Positions 1 through 9,465 of a stretch of 51,160 nt of DNA are shown in pieces (position 1 is the stretch's first letter; every line of letters begins with the position of its first letter). The notes beneath the pieces are model-generated. The model searched no databases and had not been told where the DNA came from. It saw only the letters and a program-made list of their open reading frames with translations. A program made the translations under genes and the position numbers. Source of the DNA: a virus; IMG/VR virus record IMGVR_UViG_3300037742_000043, positions 1 through 51,160 of that record. One strand, written 5' to 3'.

Positions 1-127
1 CAAAAAGGCCCGATCATCCAATCACTCGGATGTCGGGCTCTTTTCTTCCTTCGCTCGGCTTCTCTAGTCTTTGATGCCTTTGTACAGCTCCATCGCCTGC
101 CGCGCAGTAAGTATTCGCAACGCCACC
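1..127. repeat. terminal direct repeat, copy 1 (identical to 51034-51160)
   Basis: Nt 1-127 read identically at 51034-51160, giving a 51033-bp unit. Confidence 0.95.
7..47. terminator. bidirectional rho-independent terminator between the convergent operons (second copy at 51040-51080)
   Basis: GC-rich stem 8-19/28-38 (11 bp, one bulged T) with an 8-nt loop. An A5 run lies upstream and TCTTTTCTT downstream, so a U-tract follows the hairpin on both strands. It sits between the + stop (51027) and the - stop (64). Confidence 0.75.
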
Positions 128-3100
128 TGCATATCAATCTGCTCTCTCTTCTGCTCCGGGCTATACATCTCATTGAGCTTAATCGAGTTGATCATCCCAG
201 AGATCGCGTCCATGTCCCTCTTGTAACTAGCGATCATCTCATACTGTGGAATCTTATCGCCATGCTTCGCCATGATATTCATCCATCTATCAGGACGATT
301 GTTCTTTGATGCGTTCTCCAGTGATCCAAGCACCTGCTGTGCCTTTCCTACTTCATCGTAGAACTGATTGACATACTTGATACCGGCTTTTGATACATCA
401 GTCTTTTTAACTCCAGGAATCAGTGTATATCCGTTGAAGGTTGCAGGCTTAGCTGTTTGTCCTTCGAACACATAATCATCCGCAAGATTGAAGGCTTGAT
501 AAATCGGACCGACCATGAAGGTCTTAAAGATATTCTCGACCTTTCCTGCGCTAATTCCGGTTGCTTCAGCCACAAGTCGTGACGACTCGCTTGCCTGCAT
601 ATCGCCTTGATCCTCGGGCAGCAGTCCAGCCCGTGACCTCGGTATGATCGCCGTCGCGCCCTGAAACGGATCAACTCTCTGACCAGTATACAGCGGCAAC
701 ACCGCATTGGCCGTCAACGGTAGAACATTCGGTACAGTCTCGCCAAGCACAGCGCGACCGATCTTACTAAGAGTCTCCGTATCCCCACTATTCTGAAGCT
801 CATCAAGTATCGTCTCAATTGGCGTCATGAACATCGCGCCATAGAGAAAGGGCTTGCGGAAGGAATAGACTTGACTTTCATCAAACGGGTTCCGCATAAA
901 GACGTAGTTCTTACCGCTTGGATCTTGGCGCAGATCCCGTAGCTGTTCATCATCCTGCTGAAGGAACCATAATGCAGCGGTTGGGACAGACAACAATCCC
1001 GCCGCTTTCCCCGCAGCCATCGCAGCACTCGCCGGACTTTTCGTAAAGTTCTCCAGCATCCTCGCATTCGCCTGAAGTGGATAGTTGAAGAAATTCACAT
1101 ACCGTGCATACGCTGCGGTCTTCGCACCTGCCTTATATGGATCACCAAGAACAGTATTGTAGATAGAGGCGGCTTCAGGATACGATGCACCATTCTCTAA
1201 TGCTCTTAGGGAAGATGCAGCACTAACCGCATTCGCCAAATCCCCCGCAAGCTTCTCTGCAAATCTCACAGGATGTGCAAGATGCAGATCCATCCCTTTC
1301 TTAGTTCCAAGTTCGATTAAGTCTTTCGTCGAATGCGCCTGCATCTCCGCTGCGGGATTTGCACCTCTGAATCCCTTTCCTGCACCATAGGCTTCTAGTT
1401 GCAACAACCGAGGATCATCTGTAAGATTCGCCTTCAGCCCTTTGCCGATGTCACTAAGCAATGAGAAGGGATTCCGGAGTACATTCATCTGCTCACCAAG
1501 ATTCGACCTTGCTTCAAGCGCATCGAACAGCGGGCCAGCGCCGAAGACATCGCGGAAGTACGAATAGGATACACCAATCCCTTTTTCAACTCTTTGTGCA
1601 CCTTTCAATACTGGATTAGTGATTGGAGTTGCGCGACTCTGCATAAGATCCAAACTCTTCGCAAGCTCATCACTTAGCTCAACCCGTACCGGCCCAGTCT
1701 CCATTCGAATCACAAACGACTTCGCTCCCTTTGGCGGAACATACATCGCTTCGGCCAAAGACACTCGAATCGTCTCTGGAATATCATTCGGCAAACTCTT
1801 AACGATCCTTTTAATCTCTTCATCAGGATCACCATACTTTTTAATCTTCACATGATGACGAAGATCTGCTGATGGATCATTTGTTGCATCAATTACCATT
1901 TCACGAATGATCTTGCTTCGCTCTCCGTTGTAGACGATTGAGCGAATGTTGTCGCTGAGCGTTGAGTATAGATCAGCGATCTTCTTGGTTGACTTTACCT
2001 CTCCGCGCGCCTTAGTCATCCCCATCCCAGCATTACCAAAGGATGACCTTGAAAGCGGCGCATAAGAAGGATTCAGTCTCATTTGATCAGCGAAGTCCTT
2101 TGAAACTAGATTATATCCTTCCAGCATATCAACCATGCCTTGTGTCAACGGCTGATAAACTTCTTCGTAAGCTTTTGTGACTTGAGGATGATCAAATTTA
2201 TACGCATCAACAAGATCTCGTGCCTCTGCATACTCGATTGGAGTAGTCGCTGACTGTCGACCAAGCACTTGCTGAGAATGTGCATACATCTGAAGTCGTT
2301 GAGCAGATGCTGCATCTCCGCCAGCAGCCTTTAGAAGAGTAGGCAAACTAGCCGCCCCTTCGACATAATCATTCCCTTGTGGAATGAAGAGCCTGTCTGT
2401 CACAGCTATTTGCTGCCGCCGTCCAATCCGCAGAAACTTACTCGCCATATCATATGCGTCCTCACTAACTTCTTTGATCGGCTGGAGAAAGTCAAGCACG
2501 GCATTCTTTGTCTTCTTCGCTGATGTATTCAACAGGTAATGCTTGTTCAATCTTGCAATCTGCGCATCACGATTGTCGAAGTCCATGTGCTTTGCTACGC
2601 CCTTCTCTGCTTCACTAAGTCCAGCGTCAGGAATGCGAGGGAACTTACTTACAAGTCCCATCGCATACGGATCACTAGGAATGTCAACAGGGATGTAGGG
2701 ATGCGTAGACTGAACGCCAGATCCAGCCAGTTCAGGAATCGTAAAGGTCTTATTCCCTTGAAGCGTCATGTCAAAGTTCTTTGCACCACTAAACCCTCTT
2801 AACATCGACCCAAGTGCATTCGACCCAACGTTCTGTACGAATCCTTCTTTCGTTCCAAGTGCAGCAGGATTTGTTGCGGCAGTAACAAGCATACCAGTGG
2901 CAACTTCTTGCGGCACGCCAGCCACAATCGCCTTGATCACACTCTCAGTCTTCGTCGCACCCGGAGATGTGATTCCTGACAATAAGGCTTTTGCCACTGG
3001 ACTCTTCACTGCATTTGCTGCTGCCTTTCCTGCAATGCCAAGCCCTGCCGATGCTGCGCCATACAGCGGCAATTCAGCTACCATCTGCCCGCCCATCCGC

Positions 3101-3426
3101 CCAACCTTCTGAAACCCACTTACTTGCTCACTAAGCTCTTCCCTTGACATTAGGTCTTGCGCCACTTCAGCAATACCACCAAGTCCCTGACTTGCCTTAG
3201 CAGCAGTAAGCAAGTTCTGCAACCCTCTCTTTCCACCTTCAACCACACCTTTTCCAAGATCTGCAAGACTCGCATATCCACCCTTCGCCTTCCTCTCCTC
3301 CACCACTGGCTGAGAAAGAAACGTCTTCAACGAAGATTGGGGCTCCACTGTGTTAGCTGAAGCCCCAAGATCTGCGAATGGGTCTTGAATCAAGTCTGCA
3401 AACGGGTCAATCCGTGGACCAGTCAT
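64..3426 (-). CDS. very large virion-associated protein (putative internal/ejection protein), 1120 aa
   Basis: Longest ORF and last gene of the late operon. ATGA overlap with the upstream ORF. Tandem DPFADL motif at the N-terminus. Function inferred only from size and position. Confidence 0.45.
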   Translation of the reverse strand: MTGPRIDPFADLIQDPFADLGASANTVEPQSSLKTFLSQPVVEERKAKGGYASLADLGKGVVEGGKRGLQNLLTAAKASQGLGGIAEVAQDLMSREELSEQVSGFQKVGRMGGQMVAELPLYGAASAGLGIAGKAAANAVKSPVAKALLSGITSPGATKTESVIKAIVAGVPQEVATGMLVTAATNPAALGTKEGFVQNVGSNALGSMLRGFSGAKNFDMTLQGNKTFTIPELAGSGVQSTHPYIPVDIPSDPYAMGLVSKFPRIPDAGLSEAEKGVAKHMDFDNRDAQIARLNKHYLLNTSAKKTKNAVLDFLQPIKEVSEDAYDMASKFLRIGRRQQIAVTDRLFIPQGNDYVEGAASLPTLLKAAGGDAASAQRLQMYAHSQQVLGRQSATTPIEYAEARDLVDAYKFDHPQVTKAYEEVYQPLTQGMVDMLEGYNLVSKDFADQMRLNPSYAPLSRSSFGNAGMGMTKARGEVKSTKKIADLYSTLSDNIRSIVYNGERSKIIREMVIDATNDPSADLRHHVKIKKYGDPDEEIKRIVKSLPNDIPETIRVSLAEAMYVPPKGAKSFVIRMETGPVRVELSDELAKSLDLMQSRATPITNPVLKGAQRVEKGIGVSYSYFRDVFGAGPLFDALEARSNLGEQMNVLRNPFSLLSDIGKGLKANLTDDPRLLQLEAYGAGKGFRGANPAAEMQAHSTKDLIELGTKKGMDLHLAHPVRFAEKLAGDLANAVSAASSLRALENGASYPEAASIYNTVLGDPYKAGAKTAAYARYVNFFNYPLQANARMLENFTKSPASAAMAAGKAAGLLSVPTAALWFLQQDDEQLRDLRQDPSGKNYVFMRNPFDESQVYSFRKPFLYGAMFMTPIETILDELQNSGDTETLSKIGRAVLGETVPNVLPLTANAVLPLYTGQRVDPFQGATAIIPRSRAGLLPEDQGDMQASESSRLVAEATGISAGKVENIFKTFMVGPIYQAFNLADDYVFEGQTAKPATFNGYTLIPGVKKTDVSKAGIKYVNQFYDEVGKAQQVLGSLENASKNNRPDRWMNIMAKHGDKIPQYEMIASYKRDMDAISGMINSIKLNEMYSPEQKREQIDMQVALRILTARQAMELYKGIKD

Positions 3427-4631
3427 CCTTTCACCTTAATAGTTGGTGCCTTTTTGCTGCTATATTTGGCACGAAGATACGCCTTTGTCTCTTCAGTCAA
3501 GCTTGGCGAGGCTAGAGCCTGATCTAGTGTTGCTTGCCCAGAATCAATTCTCTGAATCGCAGCCTTAGCTTGTGGCGTTTCATTCATCGCCGCAGCCTCT
3601 TGACTCTGCTTCATCATCTCAGGCAGCTTCTCCAGCACCTTTTTCTGTGCATCAGCATAAAACTTCGCTTCTTCTTTCGCATCCATCTTCGCCGCCTGAA
3701 GCTGCTGATACCTTTCAATCGCTGCTGGATTAATACTCTTAGCCATCTTCTTCTGCTGTTCTGGACTTGACTTGAGATACATCGCGAACATGTTGTCTTG
3801 TTGCAGCATTGTCACAATTTCTCGATCAGCGTCCATGACCTTGTTGTTCTTCTCAGCAACAGCAGAGCCAAAGATTCGTGCGCGATCAAGCAAAGCATCA
3901 GGAGTAGTCCCAGCGGTTCTCTCTTTCATCAACGACCGCTCAGCCGCAGTCCTACGCCCAAGCATGTCAATATCCTCATCATGCGCCATCCGTTTCCTAC
4001 GTGTCTCAACTGCTTCTTTGAGTACAAGCTCAGCAGGACTCCCTTCTATTCGCTTAAGCGCAAGAGGATTCGCAGATCCCTTAATAACCTGATCTGCAAG
4101 TCGCTCAAGATTTACATCACTAAGCTCAGGATACTGATCCCAACTCTGTTTCTGTAACGCCTCTGCCTCATCAAGTCGCTTTAGTGAAAATCTATCCTTT
4201 GCAATCGCTTGTTCGTTTCGTGTGACTTGTTGACTTGCGATTACATCAGCTTGTTCTCTCTCCTTCGCTTGTCGATCAATGTCAGCTTGTACAACAGTGC
4301 CGACTTCACGCGCATCAGCGATGGCCTTTTGTTGATCAGTGAGTCCACCACGAATCGCCGCGATTCGTTCTCTCTCCGCGCGCTTCGCACCAACCCCAAT
4401 CTTCGCGAGTGGATTCTTATTCTTCGCTCCTAGCGCTTTACTAAAGGTCTCTCTCTGTCCATCATCCATATCCGCAATCACATTCACCAGATTTGGATCT
4501 TGTTGTGCCATCTGATTGAATGTTTGTTGTGCATAAAAGTCTGGCGCGATGCCTTGTGCGATACTTTGAAAGAAGGACTGAAGTCCGCGCTGTGTATTCG
4601 GATTCTCAGACCACGATGGAATGTATGCCAT
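3423..4631 (-). CDS. charged coiled-coil protein (putative internal core protein), 402 aa
   Basis: K/E/A/Q-rich helical composition, coupled to the downstream 1120-aa ORF, AGGA-type RBS. Confidence 0.4.
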   Translation of the reverse strand: MAYIPSWSENPNTQRGLQSFFQSIAQGIAPDFYAQQTFNQMAQQDPNLVNVIADMDDGQRETFSKALGAKNKNPLAKIGVGAKRAERERIAAIRGGLTDQQKAIADAREVGTVVQADIDRQAKEREQADVIASQQVTRNEQAIAKDRFSLKRLDEAEALQKQSWDQYPELSDVNLERLADQVIKGSANPLALKRIEGSPAELVLKEAVETRRKRMAHDEDIDMLGRRTAAERSLMKERTAGTTPDALLDRARIFGSAVAEKNNKVMDADREIVTMLQQDNMFAMYLKSSPEQQKKMAKSINPAAIERYQQLQAAKMDAKEEAKFYADAQKKVLEKLPEMMKQSQEAAAMNETPQAKAAIQRIDSGQATLDQALASPSLTEETKAYLRAKYSSKKAPTIKVKG

Positions 4632-4663
4632 AATTGTCCTATGTGTGTTGGATTGTTATTGGC

Positions 4664-6388
4664 TCAACCGCCCCATCGTATCGCGTTACCGCCGCCGCCA
4701 GATCCACCATTGCCGCCGCCTCGATTACTCATCCACCCACCAATCGCTTGTCCTGCAATCGGCAACGCTGCACCAAGCACACCACCCAATGCACTACCCT
4801 GTTGATTCGTCTGAGTATTCCGCCCTTCGATCCCAATCCCTGTGCTCTGTCCAAGAGCTTGCAGCAAGGATTGTAGCGCCATCTGCTGATTCTGATTCGC
4901 AAGCTGATTATTATTCTGCCCCATGCCTAGCATCTCCAAAAAGCGATTCTGATTGTTCTGATAGTTGTTCGAGTTCAGAACATTCGTATTCCCTTGTTGG
5001 TTCGCAAGTTGATTCTGGTTCGTTAGATTAAAGTCGTTTTGATTTCGACTCGCTTCTAGAGAATTCAGATTGTTATTCTGCATCGCGCTGTTATTCAGAG
5101 TTTGCGCGTTCACTCCAAATGTGTTACCAAGTCCTTGATTCTCAAGCAGTGCGCGGATATCAGCAAGAGATCTGTTGTTTGTTTGTTCAGCATTGAACGT
5201 GCTTTGATCTTGGCGCTGGCCAGCAGTAAACTGTTGGTTCTGGAAATCTTGTCCACGTCCAAGTCCAGCAGCTTGAAGCAAGGAAGACATCAACTGATTG
5301 TTCTGACCTTGACCATTCACCATCGCTTGAAGATTCGCGATATTCGCCTGTGTCGAGTTCCCCGCATTGGCTATTCCAACTTGAGCGTCCTGTCCTCGAC
5401 TGGTGAGTCCGACATTTGCCCTCGTCCCTCTTTCGGCAAGATCTTGTTGCTGGAGACCTTCAAGTGCTTTCTGCAAAGCGACTGTTTGATCTGCGCTCGC
5501 TGCTGATTGAAGATTGCTGTTTGCAAGCTGCGCACCCGATCCAATAGCTCCAGCTCCCATTGCGCCAAATCGAGCATTGTTCGCAGCCGTCGCTTCTGTA
5601 AGTGCTCTAGCTTGCTGAGTTTTGAGCGCATTGAAGTATGGATTGTTCATGTCGAACACTGTTGCGGCATCAAGAGCAATGCCGGGGCCAATAGATGCTT
5701 GTCCAGCAGCGGCTGAGCCGACGTTCCCGTTCTGTCCTGTCATCTGCTGACCACGACCAAGCAATGACGAAAGTACATCTGTATACTGTGATCCGGCAGC
5801 TTGAGGATTAAACGAACTCAGCGCTGTTTGATTCACGCCGGATAGATCAGCCATTCCGGTTTGACCTTGACCAAAGTTCGTATTCAGATTATTCGTTTGT
5901 CCCTGCACATACTGTTGACTAGTGTAGGGGTTTTGATAATTCTGCCCAAACTGACTAGCACCTTGCCCGATCCCCGATGCAATCTGCGCATTCGCGCCAC
6001 TCGGATCAATCACTTGACCGTTTAACATATTGTTAAAGGCATTGGTGAAGGGTGATCCGTTTTGATTGAAGGAGGATGGGAGATTCGGGCCGACACCGAG
6101 ACCAGATGTCGCCGCGCCATTCTGCCCTCCACCACCTGTAAACGATCCATCAGGATTAAATCTATAGCCTGCACGTTCAGCAGCAGAGATTTGCTGACTG
6201 TTCATCTGACCGCCTCCACTAATAGGAGAGCCGCCGAAATGAGTATTACCACCACCCATCCTAGATTGAAACTGTCCGCCACCATTCACATTCCCTGTCA
6301 ACTGACTCATGAGCCATGATTGAAACTCATTGGCCACAGGAGTTGCCGCACCTCCACCACTTGTCGTCGATACCGTCTTCGCGCCCAT
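4664..6388 (-). CDS. Q/N/G-rich low-complexity virion protein, 574 aa
   Basis: Long ORF dominated by Q, N, G and S with a G-rich C-terminus (GGGNGGSGGGGN). Lies in the structural operon. Confidence 0.5.
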   Translation of the reverse strand: MGAKTVSTTSGGGAATPVANEFQSWLMSQLTGNVNGGGQFQSRMGGGNTHFGGSPISGGGQMNSQQISAAERAGYRFNPDGSFTGGGGQNGAATSGLGVGPNLPSSFNQNGSPFTNAFNNMLNGQVIDPSGANAQIASGIGQGASQFGQNYQNPYTSQQYVQGQTNNLNTNFGQGQTGMADLSGVNQTALSSFNPQAAGSQYTDVLSSLLGRGQQMTGQNGNVGSAAAGQASIGPGIALDAATVFDMNNPYFNALKTQQARALTEATAANNARFGAMGAGAIGSGAQLANSNLQSAASADQTVALQKALEGLQQQDLAERGTRANVGLTSRGQDAQVGIANAGNSTQANIANLQAMVNGQGQNNQLMSSLLQAAGLGRGQDFQNQQFTAGQRQDQSTFNAEQTNNRSLADIRALLENQGLGNTFGVNAQTLNNSAMQNNNLNSLEASRNQNDFNLTNQNQLANQQGNTNVLNSNNYQNNQNRFLEMLGMGQNNNQLANQNQQMALQSLLQALGQSTGIGIEGRNTQTNQQGSALGGVLGAALPIAGQAIGGWMSNRGGGNGGSGGGGNAIRWGG

Positions 6389-6391
6389 ACC

Positions 6392-6934
6392 CTATCCCCC
6401 GCTCGTCAGAAGTTTCTTATTAATCATCGCGTATCGTGATTCATCATACCATGCATCCTTCCACTGTGCAGAGGCGAGCTTCTTTCCTTCGTAAATCCCG
6501 CCGCACTCGATGACAAACTGGTGCACCTTGGCGTTTACATACTTTGGGATTGTGATATTGAGTCTACGAAACCCAAAGTGATCCATGGTCAGTTGCACCA
6601 TCTTGCGCACAAGCTGCTTTTTGTTATCAATTCGCCGGTCGAAGAAGGTGAAGTGTGCGTCAGCCTCGTGTTGATAGATGTTCGTCAGATAAAAGACGCC
6701 TGTCTTCAAATCATCAACTGCCCAAAAGATCCCGTTCATAATCGGATCATCATGAGGGTAGGAGAATTGCATGAAGATGCGTACAAAATCTTCCGGCCCA
6801 CTCAGCTTCCGCCCAAACACAACTTCAAACGGCGCCATCTTTTCATACAACGCGTTAAGACTCGCGACGCTAATCGGATATGGTGCGACGGTATAGTCCC
6901 GTCTGCTCGATCGAATAAGAACGCTATCCATCAT
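6392..6934 (-). CDS. GNAT (RimJ/RimL-like) acetyltransferase-fold protein, 180 aa
   Basis: C-terminal pattern FGFRRLNITIPKYVNAKVHQFVIECGGIYEGKKL..W.D...YAMI matches the RimL-type GNAT core. The Q/R-x-x-G-x-G/A loop is not obvious. ATGA coupling to the upstream gene. Confidence 0.5.
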   Translation of the reverse strand: MMDSVLIRSSRRDYTVAPYPISVASLNALYEKMAPFEVVFGRKLSGPEDFVRIFMQFSYPHDDPIMNGIFWAVDDLKTGVFYLTNIYQHEADAHFTFFDRRIDNKKQLVRKMVQLTMDHFGFRRLNITIPKYVNAKVHQFVIECGGIYEGKKLASAQWKDAWYDESRYAMINKKLLTSGG

Positions 6935-8550
6935 TTCTCTCTTGTATCTGTAGTCTGAATGCCAAGGATTCTGTACTCAAGTACTTCAAACGACCCGATT
7001 GTTGATGAGAGTTTCCATACGTATTCGGAGGTCGTGATGTTTTTGTAGCAGGTGAGGATCTTGCGCTGGCCGATGTCGGTGGCGGAAATGGTGATGGTCT
7101 TATATGTTTCAAATGTCTTCCCACCATTTCTCGAAAAGAGCACATCAAAAGTCCCCTCTCTCTTTGGCCGATACTTCAACAAGAACTTAGTTACCGAAAT
7201 GTTCTGCTTCTGAAGCTCGAAGATCTTAGAGACAAGGTCAGCCGTAAACGCCACTCCATTATCCGTATCCATCGATGAGTCATCTTGCAACAACACTCCA
7301 TCCTTCAATCCATACGTAATCGTCGACGGGCTCACATCTATATCGCTCAAATCATCATACACTCCGATAAGATCGTCATAGACGCCGACTAGATCATCAT
7401 AAACAAGTTCGCCTAGAATCTCGTCAATAGGAAAAACACCATTAACCAAATACCGCTCATCCTTCACCCAAGTCGCTGTGTCATAGTCGAATACATACAC
7501 AATAGTAGTAGTGCTACTATCGCTAGGGATGCAAAGATGATAGCGATTTCCTTTCGGGTCGAATGAGCCTTGAAGTGTGAGATTGTCCGTGATAATTCCA
7601 TCTGTCCCCCCAAGATCCTTGCGTATTGCAGTTCCAATAGGCACCGGAGAATTACCAATCTCGAACGTATAGACTTGATTCGATCGGTAGTCATACCATG
7701 CGATGCCGTTGGAGGTTTGGGCGGCAGAGTCTGGCGAGTCACAGCCGACGTTGGGATATGACGCAGTAAACTGAAATGGCAATGTCGCTACTGGCCGCTT
7801 CGTCGCAGTCCATAAACTTCGCTCTCGCAGGATCAACATCACAGAGGCGAATCCGAAGAGTCCGGTGATTTCATCGCTGAAGTCGCCTTGACCTTCTACC
7901 AGTGCGACATTTCCAGCGGAGATGTCAACCAGTGCGCTCCACTCGGCGAAGTTCAGATCCCCGCTCCAGCCAACCTGTGTCGGATTAGGCGAAGTGGTAT
8001 CAAACAGATTCGCCCCGATGATTCGATTGAAGAATCCGCAGATGTATTTGTACTTCGGCGCATTGCCAAGGTCAGCATAGGTATCCGCGGTGAAGTTAAT
8101 CTCTTGAATCTCATCGGTGCCGGATGTAAAGAAGAATCGGTCGTTGATCGCGAGAGTCTTCTGTCTCTGATTGACAATGAAGCCAGCACCAGTGATTTCT
8201 TCCCATGACGCAGGCGCCCTTCTCCATATCTCATCCTTGTCAAATCGCACAAAGATCGCAGTCCCATCGAATCGTGCAAAGCGCACGACGTTGAGAATCG
8301 GATTGACATTAGGAATCGCACCCTGCGGTGCAAAGGCATCATCACTACTCCCCTCACGCGAGAAGACAATATCGCCATAAATCCGCATATTCGTTGCGGA
8401 TTGGGTCTGATCAGGCTTGAGATCAGCAGGATCAAACCATGTATTAATCCCACCACTCGCCTTCTCAGAGAACATCTCGACGTCCTCTTCAGTCACCTGA
8501 GTTGCCCCGCCAAGCTTATTCCCTATCGGTCTTCCCACAAGATTCGCCAT
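6931..8550 (-). CDS. putative tail structural protein, 539 aa
   Basis: Large ORF in the tail part of the late operon, TAATG overlap with the upstream ORF. No motif recognised. Confidence 0.4.
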   Translation of the reverse strand: MANLVGRPIGNKLGGATQVTEEDVEMFSEKASGGINTWFDPADLKPDQTQSATNMRIYGDIVFSREGSSDDAFAPQGAIPNVNPILNVVRFARFDGTAIFVRFDKDEIWRRAPASWEEITGAGFIVNQRQKTLAINDRFFFTSGTDEIQEINFTADTYADLGNAPKYKYICGFFNRIIGANLFDTTSPNPTQVGWSGDLNFAEWSALVDISAGNVALVEGQGDFSDEITGLFGFASVMLILRERSLWTATKRPVATLPFQFTASYPNVGCDSPDSAAQTSNGIAWYDYRSNQVYTFEIGNSPVPIGTAIRKDLGGTDGIITDNLTLQGSFDPKGNRYHLCIPSDSSTTTIVYVFDYDTATWVKDERYLVNGVFPIDEILGELVYDDLVGVYDDLIGVYDDLSDIDVSPSTITYGLKDGVLLQDDSSMDTDNGVAFTADLVSKIFELQKQNISVTKFLLKYRPKREGTFDVLFSRNGGKTFETYKTITISATDIGQRKILTCYKNITTSEYVWKLSSTIGSFEVLEYRILGIQTTDTREK

Positions 8551-8924
8551 TATGCGTTCTCGATCCAGACGTTGTTGAACAGCGTGAAGGTATAGACTTT
8601 GTTGACAAGGAGAAGCTTATCTACGCCTGTGTTTGTTTTGATACTGGCGCCGAAGTCAAGGGTTGTCTGCCCGTCGCCAAGGATCTTGATCTCCTGCCCC
8701 TCTTGTCCATGCGTGAAGTTCGTCACGAGAGTTGGCGCGCTATTATTAAAGAGCAATCGCGTACGATTCAACACCGATGGAATCAGGGCGCCAAAGGGAA
8801 CTGGCGAAATCGGACTCTCAATCAATTCCGTAAACGTCACTGGCGAACGAAAGACGACAGGATCTTCAACCACGATCTCTTCATTCTTAATCGTCGCGAG
8901 ATCTGTACGTGTGTCGCTGCTCAT
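8550..8924 (-). CDS. hypothetical structural protein, 124 aa
   Basis: ORF coupled to the downstream gene within the late operon. Confidence 0.5.
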   Translation of the reverse strand: MSSDTRTDLATIKNEEIVVEDPVVFRSPVTFTELIESPISPVPFGALIPSVLNRTRLLFNNSAPTLVTNFTHGQEGQEIKILGDGQTTLDFGASIKTNTGVDKLLLVNKVYTFTLFNNVWIENA

Positions 8925-8955
8925 GATTGATTAAGATTAAGAGGGGAATAAAGGA

Positions 8956-9138
8956 TCAGCCGCGCTTCCACGGCCAGACGAATGGCCCACTACCAACAGC
9001 GAGGCGCAGGATGATTAAGACCAAGGCCACCGCCCCAAGCACCAACACTACATTCATCGAAACTGTCGGAATCCACACCCCCAACAGCCAAAGAATCGCC
9101 ACAACGACTAGCGCAACAACAATGATAGTATCTAACAT
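8956..9138 (-). CDS. small membrane protein (2 predicted TM), 60 aa
   Basis: The internal ATG at 9138 is preceded by GGAGGAG and sits 1 nt after the stop of the upstream ORF. The sequence is almost entirely hydrophobic (LDTIIVVALVVVAILWLLGVW...). The track ORF start at 9204 is rejected. Confidence 0.55.
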   Translation of the reverse strand: MLDTIIVVALVVVAILWLLGVWIPTVSMNVVLVLGAVALVLIILRLAVGSGPFVWPWKRG

Positions 9139-9139
9139 C

Positions 9140-9457
9140 TTACTCCTCCTTGTCTTTACGAGACACACTGCGAATCTCGATGCCGAGGTGGCGCGAGAAT
9201 CCAATGCGCAGCTCTGTCAGCAGTCGTTCTACCTCTTTGAATCTTGATCTAAGTCCATTCTCCCCATCCTGCCCAACCAGTGTCGTATTCATCGTCTCGA
9301 CCTTCTTATCCAGTCGATTCAACTTATCATCCTGCTTATCCATGCGTTTGACGAGATAGACGCCATAGGGAATAATCAGCGTATTCACAACCCATTTAAG
9401 AACTTCAAACCCATCAGACACTGCCGATGGTACATTAATCACCGAGTCAATCTGCAT
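9140..9457 (-). CDS. membrane-anchored coiled-coil protein, 105 aa
   Basis: Hydrophobic segment (LKWVVNTLIIPYGVYLV) followed by a charged heptad-like region. Confidence 0.5.
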   Translation of the reverse strand: MQIDSVINVPSAVSDGFEVLKWVVNTLIIPYGVYLVKRMDKQDDKLNRLDKKVETMNTTLVGQDGENGLRSRFKEVERLLTELRIGFSRHLGIEIRSVSRKDKEE

Positions 9458-9465
9458 TGCTACTC

